Source: an uncultured delta proteobacterium
Lineage (GTDB): Bacteria > Myxococcota > Myxococcia > Myxococcales > Anaeromyxobacteraceae
Length of the DNA: 64,000 bases
NCBI GenBank assembly: GCA_963814585.1
Contig: CAWFDF010000003.1
Span: 288,001-352,000 of the forward strand
Direction of reading: 5' to 3'
Both the position numbers and the translations under genes were made by a program. Numbering within the stretch: the first letter of the stretch is position 1; each line of letters opens with the position of its first letter. The notes below the pieces were generated by a model. The model was not told the origin of the DNA. It saw only the letters and a list, made by a program, of their open reading frames with translations, and ran no database searches. Shown in pieces: positions 24,545 to 34,684 of the stretch.

Positions 24545-25603
24545 ATGCGCATCGGTCCTCACCACTTCTCCGGCCGCTTCTTCCTCGCGCCCCTCGCCGG
24601 CGTGTCGGATCGCCCGTTCCGCACCATCTGCCGCGAGATGGGGGCGTCGTTCGCCTACACCGAGATGGTGAGTGCCCACGGCCTGCTCCACGGGACGGCG
24701 CAGACGCTCAGCTACCTCGACCGCGATCCGGCCGAGGTGCCGTTCGCCGTCCAGATCTTCGCCTCCGAGCCCGAGGTGCTGGCGCGCGGCGCCGAGGCGG
24801 CGGTGCGGGCCGGGGCCGGGATGGTCGACATCAACATGGCCTGCCCGGTCCGGAAGGTGTGCGGCTCCGGCGCGGGGGCGGCGCTGGCGCGGGATCCCTC
24901 CGCGGTGGGCGGGGCGGTGGCGGCGGTGGTGGCCGCCGTGCCGGGCATCCCGGTCACCATCAAGATCCGGGCCGGCTGGGAGGAAGGGGCCGTCAACTGC
25001 GTCGAGGTGGCTCGGGCCGCCGAGGGGGCCGGCGCCGCGGCGGTGGCGCTCCACGGCCGGACCCGCTCGCAGGGCTACTCGGGGAGGGCCCGGTGGGACC
25101 TGATCGGGGCCGTCAAGGCGGCGGTGGGGATCCCGGTGCTGGGCTCCGGCGACGTCTGGACCGCCGCCGACGCCCTGCGGATGCGGGCCGAGACCGGCTG
25201 CGACGCGGTGCTGGTGGCGCGCGGCGCCTGCGGCAACCCGTGGATCTTCCGCGAGCTCAGGGCCGCGGAGCGGGGCGAGTCGATCCCGGCCCCGCCGACG
25301 CGCGAGGAGTGGGTGGAGGTGGTGATGCGCCACGTCTCGCTCCAGATCGAGCACCGCCTGCGGCAGCGTCCCCACCAGCCGCTCCCGGCGGTGGAGGAGC
25401 ACGCCGTGCGCGAGCTGCGCCGCCACCTGCTCTGGTACTCGCGCGGCCGGCGTGGCGGGGTGGCCTTCCGGCGCGGCGGCACGCTGGTCAGGACCGCCGC
25501 CGAGGTGCGGGCGCTCATCGACGTGCAGTTCCCGCCGGACGCCGCGTGGGAACTCGACGCCGGGGGGGGCCGGGCGCAGGATGTCGGCGGCGAGGACGAA
25601 TGA
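24545..25603 (+). CDS. dusB: tRNA-dihydrouridine synthase
   Basis: LAPLAGVSD.PFR, YTEMVS, DINMACP, PVTIKIRAGW, LHGRTR.QGYSG. Confidence 0.92.
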   Translation: MRIGPHHFSGRFFLAPLAGVSDRPFRTICREMGASFAYTEMVSAHGLLHGTAQTLSYLDRDPAEVPFAVQIFASEPEVLARGAEAAVRAGAGMVDINMACPVRKVCGSGAGAALARDPSAVGGAVAAVVAAVPGIPVTIKIRAGWEEGAVNCVEVARAAEGAGAAAVALHGRTRSQGYSGRARWDLIGAVKAAVGIPVLGSGDVWTAADALRMRAETGCDAVLVARGACGNPWIFRELRAAERGESIPAPPTREEWVEVVMRHVSLQIEHRLRQRPHQPLPAVEEHAVRELRRHLLWYSRGRRGGVAFRRGGTLVRTAAEVRALIDVQFPPDAAWELDAGGGRAQDVGGEDE

Positions 25604-26409
25604 GCGAGCTCCAATCCCTCACGCTCTACACGGGCGCCATCCTGGCCGGGGCCGTCGCCGGCGGCGTGCTGCCGCTGGTCGGCCCCATGCGCCGCAGCGA
25701 CCTGCTGCTCTCCTTCTCGGGCGGCGTCATGCTGGGGGCCGCCTTCTTCCACATGCTCCCCGAGGCCATCGAGCTGGGCGGGGCGCGGGTGGTGCCATGG
25801 GTGCTGCTGGGCTTCCTCGCCCTCTACCTGCTGGAGCGGTTCGTCCTCATCCACATCTGCGGCGAGCCGGGCATGAACCAGGCCCTCTCCACCGCCACCG
25901 TCCACCAGCCGCACGATCACCCCGGCCACGTCCACGGCGACGAGGCCGGCTGCGAGGTCCACACCCTGGGGCTGGCGGCCTGGGTGGGGATGTCGATCCA
26001 CACCATGGTGGACGGCTTCGCGCTGGGTGCCGCCAACCACGAGGCCGGGCTGGGGCTGCTGGTCTTCATCGCCATCCTCGCCCACAAGATCCCGTCGAGC
26101 TTCTCGCTCTCGGCCATCCTGCGTGGCGAGGGGTACGGGCGCCTCAAGGCGCTCTGGATGAACGCCTTCTTCGCCCTCATGGTGCCGGTCGGCGCGGCCG
26201 TCTACGTGGGCCTGCGCGAGCTGGTGGCGGTGGACCGCTTCACCGCCTTCGCGCTGGCCTTCTCGGGCGGCACCTTCCTGCACCTGTCGCTCTCCGACAT
26301 CCTGCCCGACCTGCACCGGCGCGCCGGCTCCAAGTGGCGGCTCACCGGGGCGCTGCTGGTGGGGCTGGCGCTGATGTGGTCGCTCAGGCTCATCAACCAC
26401 GAGCACTGA
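25600..26409 (+). CDS. ZIP family metal transporter
   Basis: FSGGVMLG..HMLPEA, His-rich loop, HTMVDGFALG, HKIP, GTFLHLSLSDILP. Confidence 0.92.
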   Translation: MSELQSLTLYTGAILAGAVAGGVLPLVGPMRRSDLLLSFSGGVMLGAAFFHMLPEAIELGGARVVPWVLLGFLALYLLERFVLIHICGEPGMNQALSTATVHQPHDHPGHVHGDEAGCEVHTLGLAAWVGMSIHTMVDGFALGAANHEAGLGLLVFIAILAHKIPSSFSLSAILRGEGYGRLKALWMNAFFALMVPVGAAVYVGLRELVAVDRFTAFALAFSGGTFLHLSLSDILPDLHRRAGSKWRLTGALLVGLALMWSLRLINHEH

Positions 26410-26419
26410 CCCGGGCGCC

Positions 26420-27625
26420 TCAGCCCTCGCTGGTCACCAGGAAGAGCGGCTTCATCTCGAAGCTCTTGAACTGCGGGCGCAGCCGCTCGGTGCTGTAGTG
26501 GTCCTTCACGCTGACCAGCTTCTTGCTGGCGGTCACCACGTCGAGCGGCACGTTGTCGTAGCGGCCGTTCTTCAGCACCACCAGCCGCCCGTGGATCCCC
26601 TTCATGATGAGGTCGAGCGCCAGGTTGCCGTAGGCCATGGGCACGATGGAGTCGATGGCGTCGGGGTCGCCGCCGCGCACCAGGTAGCCGAGCTTCTGGT
26701 TGATGCACTCGATGGTGCGGCCGCCGTTGTACCTGGCCGAGAGGTCCTTGAGGTGCGAGGCGACCACGTCGCCGATGCCGCCCAGCTTGGCGTGCCCGTA
26801 GGCGTCGGTGGACTCGTCGGCGATGACCATCTCGCCGCCGGAGAACCTGGCCCCCTCGGACACCAGCAGCACCGAGTACTTGGATGGGTTGCGGTTGCGG
26901 TCCTCCACCATGAGCTGGGTGAGCAGCTCCATGTCGAACTTGTGCTCGGGGATGACGCAGCGGTTGGCGGCGCCGGCCATGGTGGGCAGCAGCGCGGTGA
27001 AGCCGGCGTACCGGCCGAAGACCTCCATGACCAGGAAGCGCTCGTGGGAGCCGGCGCTGGTGCGCAGCCGGTTGGTCATCTCGATGGTGCGGGTCACGCA
27101 GGTGGAGAAGCCGATGCAGTAGTCGGTGCCCGGCACGTCGTTGTCCATGGTCTTGGGGATGGCCACCACCTTGACCCCCTCCTGGTAGAGCCGCACGCCG
27201 TAGGAGAGCGTGTCGTCGCCGCCGATGGGGATGAGGTGGTCGACGCCGAGGAAGGCCAGGTTGGCGAGGACGTGCGGCGTCAGGTCGTTGACCTCCGCCG
27301 TGTAGCGGTCCTTGAGGTGGGCCGGGACGGCGGACCGCTTCACGTGGCTGGGACGGGTGCGCGAGGAGTGGAGGAAGGTGCCGCCGGTGCGGCCGGCGCG
27401 GTTCACCACCTCGTTGGTGAGGACCTGGTAGTGCTCGCCGTTGTCGGCCTGGGCGTCGGGGATCATGTCGATGAGGCCGCCCCAGCCGCGCCGGATGCCG
27501 ATGACCTCGTAGCCCTCCCGCCGCGCCGCGATGGTGACGGCGCGGATGGCCGGGTTGAGGCCCGGCACGTCGCCCCCGCCGGTGAGGATGCCGATGACGC
27601 CCTTCCTGGAGTTCACGTTGGCCAC
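26420..27625 (-). CDS. 6-phosphofructokinase (PfkA family, PPi-type signature)
   Basis: ILTGGGDVPGLN, GGDDT, PKTMDND, EVFGR, LGYLVRGG. Confidence 0.93.
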   Translation of the reverse strand: MANVNSRKGVIGILTGGGDVPGLNPAIRAVTIAARREGYEVIGIRRGWGGLIDMIPDAQADNGEHYQVLTNEVVNRAGRTGGTFLHSSRTRPSHVKRSAVPAHLKDRYTAEVNDLTPHVLANLAFLGVDHLIPIGGDDTLSYGVRLYQEGVKVVAIPKTMDNDVPGTDYCIGFSTCVTRTIEMTNRLRTSAGSHERFLVMEVFGRYAGFTALLPTMAGAANRCVIPEHKFDMELLTQLMVEDRNRNPSKYSVLLVSEGARFSGGEMVIADESTDAYGHAKLGGIGDVVASHLKDLSARYNGGRTIECINQKLGYLVRGGDPDAIDSIVPMAYGNLALDLIMKGIHGRLVVLKNGRYDNVPLDVVTASKKLVSVKDHYSTERLRPQFKSFEMKPLFLVTSEG

Positions 27626-27812
27626 CGGGTGCCCCCTGTCGTTGGGCGCCGCGCGAGCGGCGTGTCCGCCAGCGTGTCGGAATCGCGCCCGGGGATGAAG
27701 AGCCCCAAATGGTCGTGCGGCGGGAACGGCGCTCCTGGCGCCCGCGACTGGCCTGGTGCCGCACCCCAGCCACTCGTCCGGCTGCAGGGATCGAGCCGAG
27801 CGGGTGGCGCCT

Positions 27813-28199
27813 TCACGCCACCGTCACCTTCCTCACGCCCCGCTTCACCAGCCAGGCCCCGACCCGCTCGCGGGTGTCTCCCTGCAGGACCAGCGCCCCG
27901 CCCTCGACCACGCCGCCGCAGCCGAGGGCGCGCTTCAGGTCGCCGAGCCAGGCCTCCAGGTCCCGCGGCCGCAGCTCGAGCTTCTCCACCACCGTCACCG
28001 TCTTGCCGCCACGCCCGGCCCGCTCCATCCGGACCACGGCGCGCGCCGGCGGCGGGGGGCCGGCCGGCTTCGGGGCTGGCGCCGCGGGGGGCGGCGCCTC
28101 GACGCCCGGCATGGCCTCTCGGCGGGCAGCCAGCCCGGCCAGGGCGGCGTTGAATGGAGGCGGCCGCGAGGCTGGCGGGGGCTGGTCTCGCTTTCCCAT
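27813..28199 (-). CDS. Translation initiation factor SUI1/YciH family
   Basis: ERAGRGGKTVTVV, LKRALGCGG, LQGD.R. Confidence 0.9.
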   Translation of the reverse strand: MGKRDQPPPASRPPPFNAALAGLAARREAMPGVEAPPPAAPAPKPAGPPPPARAVVRMERAGRGGKTVTVVEKLELRPRDLEAWLGDLKRALGCGGVVEGGALVLQGDTRERVGAWLVKRGVRKVTVA

Positions 28200-28277
28200 G
28201 CGGCGGCCATGTTGGCACGACCGCGGGTCGCCCGGTCCTCCGGTGCGTGCACCCCGACGGCGGCCCCGCGCCCCGCG

Positions 28278-28323
28278 ATTTTACCCGGATGGAATGGACC
28301 GTCGCATTTCCTCCGGGTATAAT
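28278..28323 (+). promoter_or_regulatory. Sigma70-type promoter overlapped by an inverted pair of 18-bp boxes
   Basis: TGGACC (28295)-17 bp-TATAAT (28318); boxes 28278-28295 and 28306-28323 match 15/18 as an inverted repeat. Confidence 0.65.
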
Positions 28324-28330
28324 TCCCGCC

Positions 28331-28933
28331 ATGGACCCGACCCCGACCTTCAGCGCCTTCGCCGGCGACCGGCTCATCGCCGCCGGCCCGCTCGCCACCG
28401 TCCTCGCCGAGGCCAGGGGCTGGCTCGACCGGAAGGAGCGGGCGGCGCTCCTCATCTTCGACGACCAGTCCGGCCGCGCCGTCGACTTCGACCTCCGCGG
28501 CAGCGTGGCGCAGGTGCTGGCCCGGGCCCTGCCTCCCCCTGACGCCACCCCGCGCCCCGGCCGCCCCCGGCTCGGGGTGGTGGGCCGGGAGGTCTCGCTG
28601 CTCCCCCGTCACTGGGAGTGGCTGGAGCAACAGCCCAACGGGATCTCGGCCGCCCTTCGCCGGCTGGTGGACGAGGCGCGGAAGCACGAGCCGGGCCGGC
28701 AGCGGGCCCGGGCCATCCGGGACGCCGCCAGCCGGTTCATGACCGCGATGGCCGGCGACCTTCCGGGCTTCGAGGAGGCCACCCGGGCGCTCTTCGCGGG
28801 TGACGAGCGCGGGGTGGAGCGGCGGGTCCGCGGCTGGCCGGCCGACGTCCGGAGCCACGTCCTGCGCCGGGTCCGGGAGGCGGCTCGCCTGGAGCAGGGC
28901 GACGGGGCGGCGTCCCCCGCCACCCCCGACTGA
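28331..28933 (+). CDS. DUF2239 family protein
   Basis: LIFDDQSGRAVDFDLRG, GRPRLGVVGREVSLLPRHWEWL, FMTAMAGDLPGFEEATRALFA. Confidence 0.88.
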   Translation: MDPTPTFSAFAGDRLIAAGPLATVLAEARGWLDRKERAALLIFDDQSGRAVDFDLRGSVAQVLARALPPPDATPRPGRPRLGVVGREVSLLPRHWEWLEQQPNGISAALRRLVDEARKHEPGRQRARAIRDAASRFMTAMAGDLPGFEEATRALFAGDERGVERRVRGWPADVRSHVLRRVREAARLEQGDGAASPATPD

Positions 28934-28995
28934 GCGGCCGGCGGCGCGGATTTGCTAGGATGGCGGCTCCCTCGCCGTCCGAACGGAGCCCGCCG

Positions 28996-29610
28996 GTGCA
29001 GATCGTCTGCCTCGACCTCGAAGGGGTGCTGGTCCCCGAGATCTGGATCGCCTTCGCCGAGCGCACCGGGATCACCGAGCTGCGCCGCACCACGCGCGAC
29101 GAGCCCGACTACGACAAGCTGATGCGCTTCCGGCTCGACCTGCTGCGGCGCCACCGGCTCGGGCTGCGCGACATCCAGCAGGTGATCGCCGGCCTGGCCC
29201 CCGAGCCGGGCGCGCGCGCCTTCCTCGACGCCCTGCGCCGCGACTTCCAGGTGGTGATCCTCTCCGACACCTTCTACGAGTTCGCCGGACCGCTCATGGC
29301 CCAGCTCGGCTTTCCCACCCTGTTCTGCCACCGGCTCGAGGCCGACGCCGAGGGCTTCGTCGCCGCCTACCACCTGCGCATGCCGGACCAGAAGCGGGCC
29401 GCGGTGAAGGCCTTCAAGGAGCTGCAGTTCAAGGTGATCGCGGGCGGCGACTCCTACAACGACACCGCCATGCTGGGCGAGGCGCACGCCGGGATCCTCT
29501 TCCGCCCGCCGTCCAACGTGGCGGCGCAGTTCCCGCAGTTCCCGGTGGTCCGCGAGTTCGACGCGCTCCGCGCCGCCATCGACGCCGCCGGCGCCCGCCT
29601 CGGCGGCTGA
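28996..29610 (+). CDS. thrH: Phosphoserine phosphatase / homoserine phosphotransferase (HAD)
   Basis: CLDLEGVLVPEIW, TTRDEPDYD.LM, ILSDTFYEF, GDSYNDT.ML; GGAG before GTG. Confidence 0.92.
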   Translation: MQIVCLDLEGVLVPEIWIAFAERTGITELRRTTRDEPDYDKLMRFRLDLLRRHRLGLRDIQQVIAGLAPEPGARAFLDALRRDFQVVILSDTFYEFAGPLMAQLGFPTLFCHRLEADAEGFVAAYHLRMPDQKRAAVKAFKELQFKVIAGGDSYNDTAMLGEAHAGILFRPPSNVAAQFPQFPVVREFDALRAAIDAAGARLGG

Positions 29611-29626
29611 CCCGGGAGGAGTGCCC

Positions 29627-31040
29627 ATGCGGCTCGACGGAGAGCTCCTCGACGGTCCCCGCACCAGCGGAGCGCGCGTGCTGGCGCTGGGCCGGCTCGC
29701 CGACGCCGAGGAGGCCGCAGCGCGGCTCGCCACGCCGGGCGACGCCGAGGCGCTGCACGACTTCCGCGTCGCGGTCCGCCGGCTCCGCTCCACGCTGCGG
29801 CTGCTGGCCCCGGCCCTGGAGGGGACCCTCACCGCGAGGCAGCTGCGGCGGCTCGCCAAGGTGGCGCGGCGCACCGGGCCAGCCCGGGACGCCGAGGTGC
29901 TGGTCGCCTGGCTCGAGCAGGCACGCGGCCGCCTGGGCGCACCGTACCGCGGCGCGCTCGACTGGCTCCTCGACCGGATCGAGCGGCGCCGCGCCGAGGC
30001 CACGCGCCGGGTCCTCGAGGAGGCGCTGCCCCGCTTCCGCCGGCTGGCGCCGCGCCTCTCCCGTCGGCTCTCGGCCCGTCCGGCGCCTGGCCCGGACGGC
30101 CCGGCCACCCTGGCGGCCCTCCTGGCCGGCGCCGTCCGCGCCCAGGCGCGCGCCCTCCGCGAGGCGCTCGGCGCCGTGGTCGGCGGCGAGGACGCGGTGG
30201 GCCTGCACCGGGCCCGCATCGAGGGGAAGCGGCTGCGCTACCTGCTCGAGCCGCTGCGCGGACTGCCCGGCCTCCGACGCCACCGAGGCGGTGGCCGCGC
30301 TCAAGGGGCTGCAGGACCTGCTCGGCACCTGGCACGACCTGCACCGGGCCCGCGAGACGCTGGCCGGGACGCTGGTGGAGGCGGCCGCCGACCGGGCTCG
30401 CCGGGGCCGCGACGCCGGGAGCGGCGACCTGCGCCCCGGGTTGCTGGCCATCGACCAGCTGGCGGCCCGCCAGGCGGCCGAGGTCTTCGGCCAGCTCGCC
30501 GAGCGCCACCTGAGGTCGCGCGCCTCCGCCATCCTCGACCTCGCCTACGCGGTGGTGGCGGGCCTGGAGGGCCCGGCGGACCAGGACCCGGCCCCGGAGG
30601 CCGCCGCGGAGCGCCGGCTGCTCCTCACCGGCCTGCCGGTGGAGGCCTCGGGCGGCCAGGTCGAGGAGGCGGCGCTGGGCTGGCTCCCGGGCGAGCGCGA
30701 GCACGTCGGGCGGGTCCACTCGGCCCTGGGCGAGGGGTGGTTCCGGGAGCGCCCCTCCTCGCGGGGCTCCGTCGAGATCTCGGCGATCGCCCGCTCCGAC
30801 TTCGAGGCCTGGTGGCCGCTCACCGAGGGGCGGCGGCTCACCCGCCGCAGCCACCGGGTGGCGGCCCTCCCGGGCTGGCGCTTCGACGAGTTCACCGACC
30901 GGCGGCTGGTGCTGGCGGTGATCGAGCCGGGCGGGGAGCCGACGCCGCCGGCGTGGCTCGAGCCGGTGCTGGTCCGCGAGGTGACCGACGAGCGCGGCTA
31001 CCGCGACGAGGCGCTGGCCCGGCGCGCCCCTCGGAGCTGA
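29627..31040 (+). CDS. CHAD domain protein with CYTH-like C-terminus (frameshift near 30270)
   Basis: EALHDFRVAVRRLRS, LHRARIEGKRLRY, then LKGLQDLLGTWHD in another frame; ERRLLL..LVREVTDE..Y. Confidence 0.8.
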
Positions 31041-31130
31041 CAGGGCCCTCGCCTGGCCCCAGGCCGGCGAGGGCCGCCGTGCGCGGGGCGTGACCGGAGA
31101 GGCGCCGCCGGTCTATACCGGCGCGGCGCC

Positions 31131-33187
31131 ATGCCGTTCACCTTCCAGCCCGGGGCCCGCGACGCCGCGACCAACGCCCGCCGCGGCGCCTTCACCACGC
31201 CCCACGGCCGGGTGGAGACCCCGGCCTTCATGCCGGTCGGGACGCGCGGCACCGTCACCGGCCTCACCCCCGCCGACCTCGACGCCCTGGGCGTCGAGAT
31301 CATCCTCGGCAACACCTATCACCTGCTGCTCCGCCCCGGCCCCGAGGCCATGCGCGGCTTCGGCGGGCTCCACCGCTTCATGGGCTGGGACCGGCCCATC
31401 CTCACCGACTCGGGCGGCTTCCAGATCTTCTCGCTCCCCGGCTCGCGCACCATCAGCGAGGAGGGGGCGCGCTTCCAGAGCTACGTCGACTCGAGCTACC
31501 ACCGGCTCTCGCCCGAGACCTCCATCGCCATGCAGGAGGCCATCGGCTCCGACGTGATGATGGTGCTCGACGTCTGCGTCCCGTCCACGGCGGGCGAGGA
31601 CGGAGATCCGGGCGGCCATGGAGCGGACCCACCGCTGGGCGGTCCGCAGCCTGGAGGCCCGCACCAGCCGGGAGCAGGCGCTCTTCGCCATCGTGCAGGG
31701 CGGCCTCTCCACCGCCATGCGCCAGGCCTCGGCCCGCTTCCTCACCCAGCACCCGTTCGACGGCTTCGCCATCGGCGGGCTGGCGGTGGGCGACACCCGG
31801 GCCCAGCGGTTCGACGTGGTGGGCACCGCCGCCGGCCTGCTGCCCGCCGACAGGCCGCGCTACCTGATGGGCGTGGGCACGCCGCCCGACCTGCTCGAGG
31901 CCATCGCCCACGGCGTCGACATGTTCGACTGCATCATCCCCACCACCCTGGCCTGGCAGGGGACCGCCTTCACCGGGACCGGCCGGGTGCGGCTCACCCG
32001 CGCCGAGTACCGGCTCTCCGACGCGCCGCTCGACCCGGACTGCCGCTGCCCCACCTGCCGGCTCCACGGCCGCGGCTACCTGCACCACCTGATGAAGTGC
32101 CGGGAGCCGCTGGCGCCGCGGCTGCTCTCCATCCACAACGTCCACCACTACCTCGCGCTGATGCGGTCCGCCCGCGCCGCCATCGAGGCGGGGCGCTACG
32201 GCGCCTTCATGCGCGAGACGCTGGCGCGGATCGACCGGCACGAGCACGACTCGAGCGGCCGCTCGCCGGGGCGCCGCGCCGCCGCCCCGCCCCCGGCCGC
32301 AGCGCCCACCCCGCCCACCCCCGGGCTCCGCTTCGAGATCGTCGCCACCGCGAGCGGCGAGCCGTCGATGCGCGACGCCGAGGCCGGGGAGGTGATGCAC
32401 CCGGTGATCGGCGCCGCCGTCGAGTCGGAGCGGCTCTACGTGGCCCAGTCCCGCCTGGCGGCCCGGCTCCTCGAGCCCGGCCACGGCCCGCTGGTCCTCT
32501 TCGACGTCGGCCTGGGCGCCGCCGGCAACGCGCTGGCCGCCATCCGGGCCGCCCGGGCCGCCGGGCCCGGCCACCGGCCGCTCGCCGTGGTCAGCTTCGA
32601 GCGGGAGCTGGGGGCGCTGGCGCTGGCCGCCTCGCCCGAGGGGGCGGCCCGGCTCGGCTGGCCGGCCGCGGACGCCGCGGCGGCCGCGGGCGCTGCTGGT
32701 GGCGGGTGCCACCAGGAGCCGGGCGTCACCTGGCGGCTCCGCCTCGGCGACGCGCTGGAGCGGATCGACGCCGAGGCCTGCCCGGGCCGACCTGGTCTTC
32801 TGGGACCCCTTCTCACCCAAGGTGAATGGCGCGCTCTGGACCGCGGGCGCCTTCTCGCGCCTGGCCGCCCGCTGCGCGCCGGGCGCCGCCCTCTTCACCT
32901 ACTCGACCGCCACCGCCACCCGGTCGGCGCTGCTGCTGGCCGGCTTCACGGTGGGGCACGGCGACGCCTCGGGCCCGAAGGAGGAGACCACCGCCGCGAC
33001 CCTGCCGCCGGCCCTCCCGGCCCGACCGCTCGACGACCGCTGGCTGGCGCGCCTGGCCCGCTCCTCGGCCCCCTTCCCGCCCGACGCGCCGGTCGATGCC
33101 CTGGCCCGGATCGGCGCCTTGCCGCAGTTCCGCCAGGCCGACCGCGGCCGCCCGGCCGGGGCGGGACGGGGAGCGTCCAGGATTTAG
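31131..33187 (+). CDS. tgt: tRNA-guanine transglycosylase fused to an MnmC-like SAM methyltransferase (frameshifts near 31600 and 32785)
   Basis: ETPAFMPVGT, NTYHL, LTDSGGFQ, IVQGG, AIGGLAVG, PRYLMGVG, DMFDC, CRCPTC..HN; then FDVGLGAAGNA, DLVFWDPFSPKVN..LW, TYSTA..RSALLLAGF. Confidence 0.85.
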
Positions 33188-33219
33188 CGCGTGCCGGCCC
33201 GCTCTGGTACTGGAAGGGC

Positions 33220-34674
33220 ATGCGAACCGCACCTGCCCGGGTCCTGCTCCTGCTGTCCCTCGCCCTCTCGGCCTGCGTCGCGCACGACAAGGCCGGCGAC
33301 CGCGCCGCCGCCCTCGGCGACTGGAAGGCCGCCTACACCGAGTACCGCCAGGCGGTGGCCGACGAGCCGAACGATCCGGCGCTGAAGCAGAAGTACGATC
33401 GGGCCCGCGCCGAGGCGCTCGCCGGCGCCACCGCCGCGGCCAGGGGGTGCCTGGCCCGGCGCGAATGGGCCTGCGCCGTGAGCGAGGCCGACTTCGCCCT
33501 CTCCATCGACCCCGGCAACACCGAGCTCTCCGACCTGCGGCGCAACGCCGGGCGGGAGGCGGCGCTGGTGCAGGTGGAGCAGGCCCGCGGCCTGGTGGCG
33601 CAGGGGCAGCTGCAGCGGGCCGACGCCACCCTCCGCGAGGTCCAGCGCCTGTCCAGCGATCCCAGGGTGCAGCAGGCCGTCTCCCCGGTGGCCGGCGCGC
33701 TGGTCACCGCCGCCGTGGCCGAGTCGGACCGGCGGCGCGCCGCGCGCCAGTTCCCCGAGGCGCTGGCGGTGCTGCAGCTGGCCCTCCCCTACGAGCCGGC
33801 CATGCGAGAGCGGATCGAGATGGTGAAGCGCGAGCAGGCGGCGTTCCTCAAGGCCGAGCACGACCGGCTCATGGCGGAGGGCGACCAGCTGCTGACCCGG
33901 AGCGCCTGGACCGAGGCCGCCGCCCGCTTCAAGGCGGCGCAGGCGGCCGTCCCCGACGAGCGGGGCCGCGCCGCCGAGCAGTACTGCCGCCTGGCGCTGG
34001 CCGCCGACGCCGCCGTCGAGCGTGGCGACTGGCCGGCCGCGACGCGCGGCTACCAGGAGATGATCGACCTGCGGGTGGAGCGGAACGGCTACGCCGCCGC
34101 CCAGCTCGGGCGCGTCGCCATCCGCCCCTGGGCCATCCGCATCCGCTCGGTGCTGGTCTCGCCGCTGCGCCCCGACGGCGTCCCCTGGGTGGGCCCGCCG
34201 AGCCGGTCGGCGGTCAAGGTGGCCCACGAGGTGGTGCGGATCGGCGGCGGGGAGCTCACCGTGCCGTTCCTGCTGCTGCTCAACCAGCTGCCTCGCGAGA
34301 ACCAGCCGAGCGTGGTGATCGAGGTGACCGCGCCCGGGGCCAGGCCGCTGCTCACCCAGCCCCACCGCGGCCTCTACACGACCCTGGCCAGCTCGGTGGT
34401 GGTCGGCGCCAACGCCTTCGAGCGGCGCACCGTCCGCCTCCGCGTCTTCCACGTCGAGCGAGGCGGCGTCGCCGAGGACATGGGGGTGATCGAGGCCTCG
34501 ATCGGCGACCTGATCACGCGCGGGAGGCTCACCCTCCAGTCCGAGTCGGTGCCGGCCCTGGAGCTCTCGGCCGAGCCGGCCCCCGGCGTGGCGCTGGGCA
34601 GCGTCGTCGACCTGACGCCGGCCGCGCCGCCCCCGCCGCCGCCCGCTCCGGGTCCGCGGCCGCCGGGGCGGTGA
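33220..34674 (+). CDS. Lipoprotein with TPR-like helical repeats and a C-terminal beta domain
   Basis: Lipobox LSAC; repeated helical motifs (GDWKAAYTEYRQA, ALSIDPGN). Confidence 0.75.
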   Translation: MRTAPARVLLLLSLALSACVAHDKAGDRAAALGDWKAAYTEYRQAVADEPNDPALKQKYDRARAEALAGATAAARGCLARREWACAVSEADFALSIDPGNTELSDLRRNAGREAALVQVEQARGLVAQGQLQRADATLREVQRLSSDPRVQQAVSPVAGALVTAAVAESDRRRAARQFPEALAVLQLALPYEPAMRERIEMVKREQAAFLKAEHDRLMAEGDQLLTRSAWTEAAARFKAAQAAVPDERGRAAEQYCRLALAADAAVERGDWPAATRGYQEMIDLRVERNGYAAAQLGRVAIRPWAIRIRSVLVSPLRPDGVPWVGPPSRSAVKVAHEVVRIGGGELTVPFLLLLNQLPRENQPSVVIEVTAPGARPLLTQPHRGLYTTLASSVVVGANAFERRTVRLRVFHVERGGVAEDMGVIEASIGDLITRGRLTLQSESVPALELSAEPAPGVALGSVVDLTPAAPPPPPPAPGPRPPGR

Positions 34675-34684
34675 GGGTGTAGCG

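Noticed and set aside
27626..27812. Riboswitch upstream of the phosphofructokinase
   Set aside because: No conserved aptamer motif or terminator recognised by eye; a covariance-model search would be needed
31131..33187. Dpd-type DNA deazaguanine modification island
   Set aside because: The Tgt retains tRNA-type motifs, no dpdB-K-like genes are nearby, and queC is 30 kb away
31618..34674. 1018-aa Tgt-methyltransferase-lipoprotein triple fusion in the ORF track
   Set aside because: The methyltransferase continues in another frame to a stop at 33187, and the lipoprotein has its own signal peptide from 33220; the join results from a frameshift
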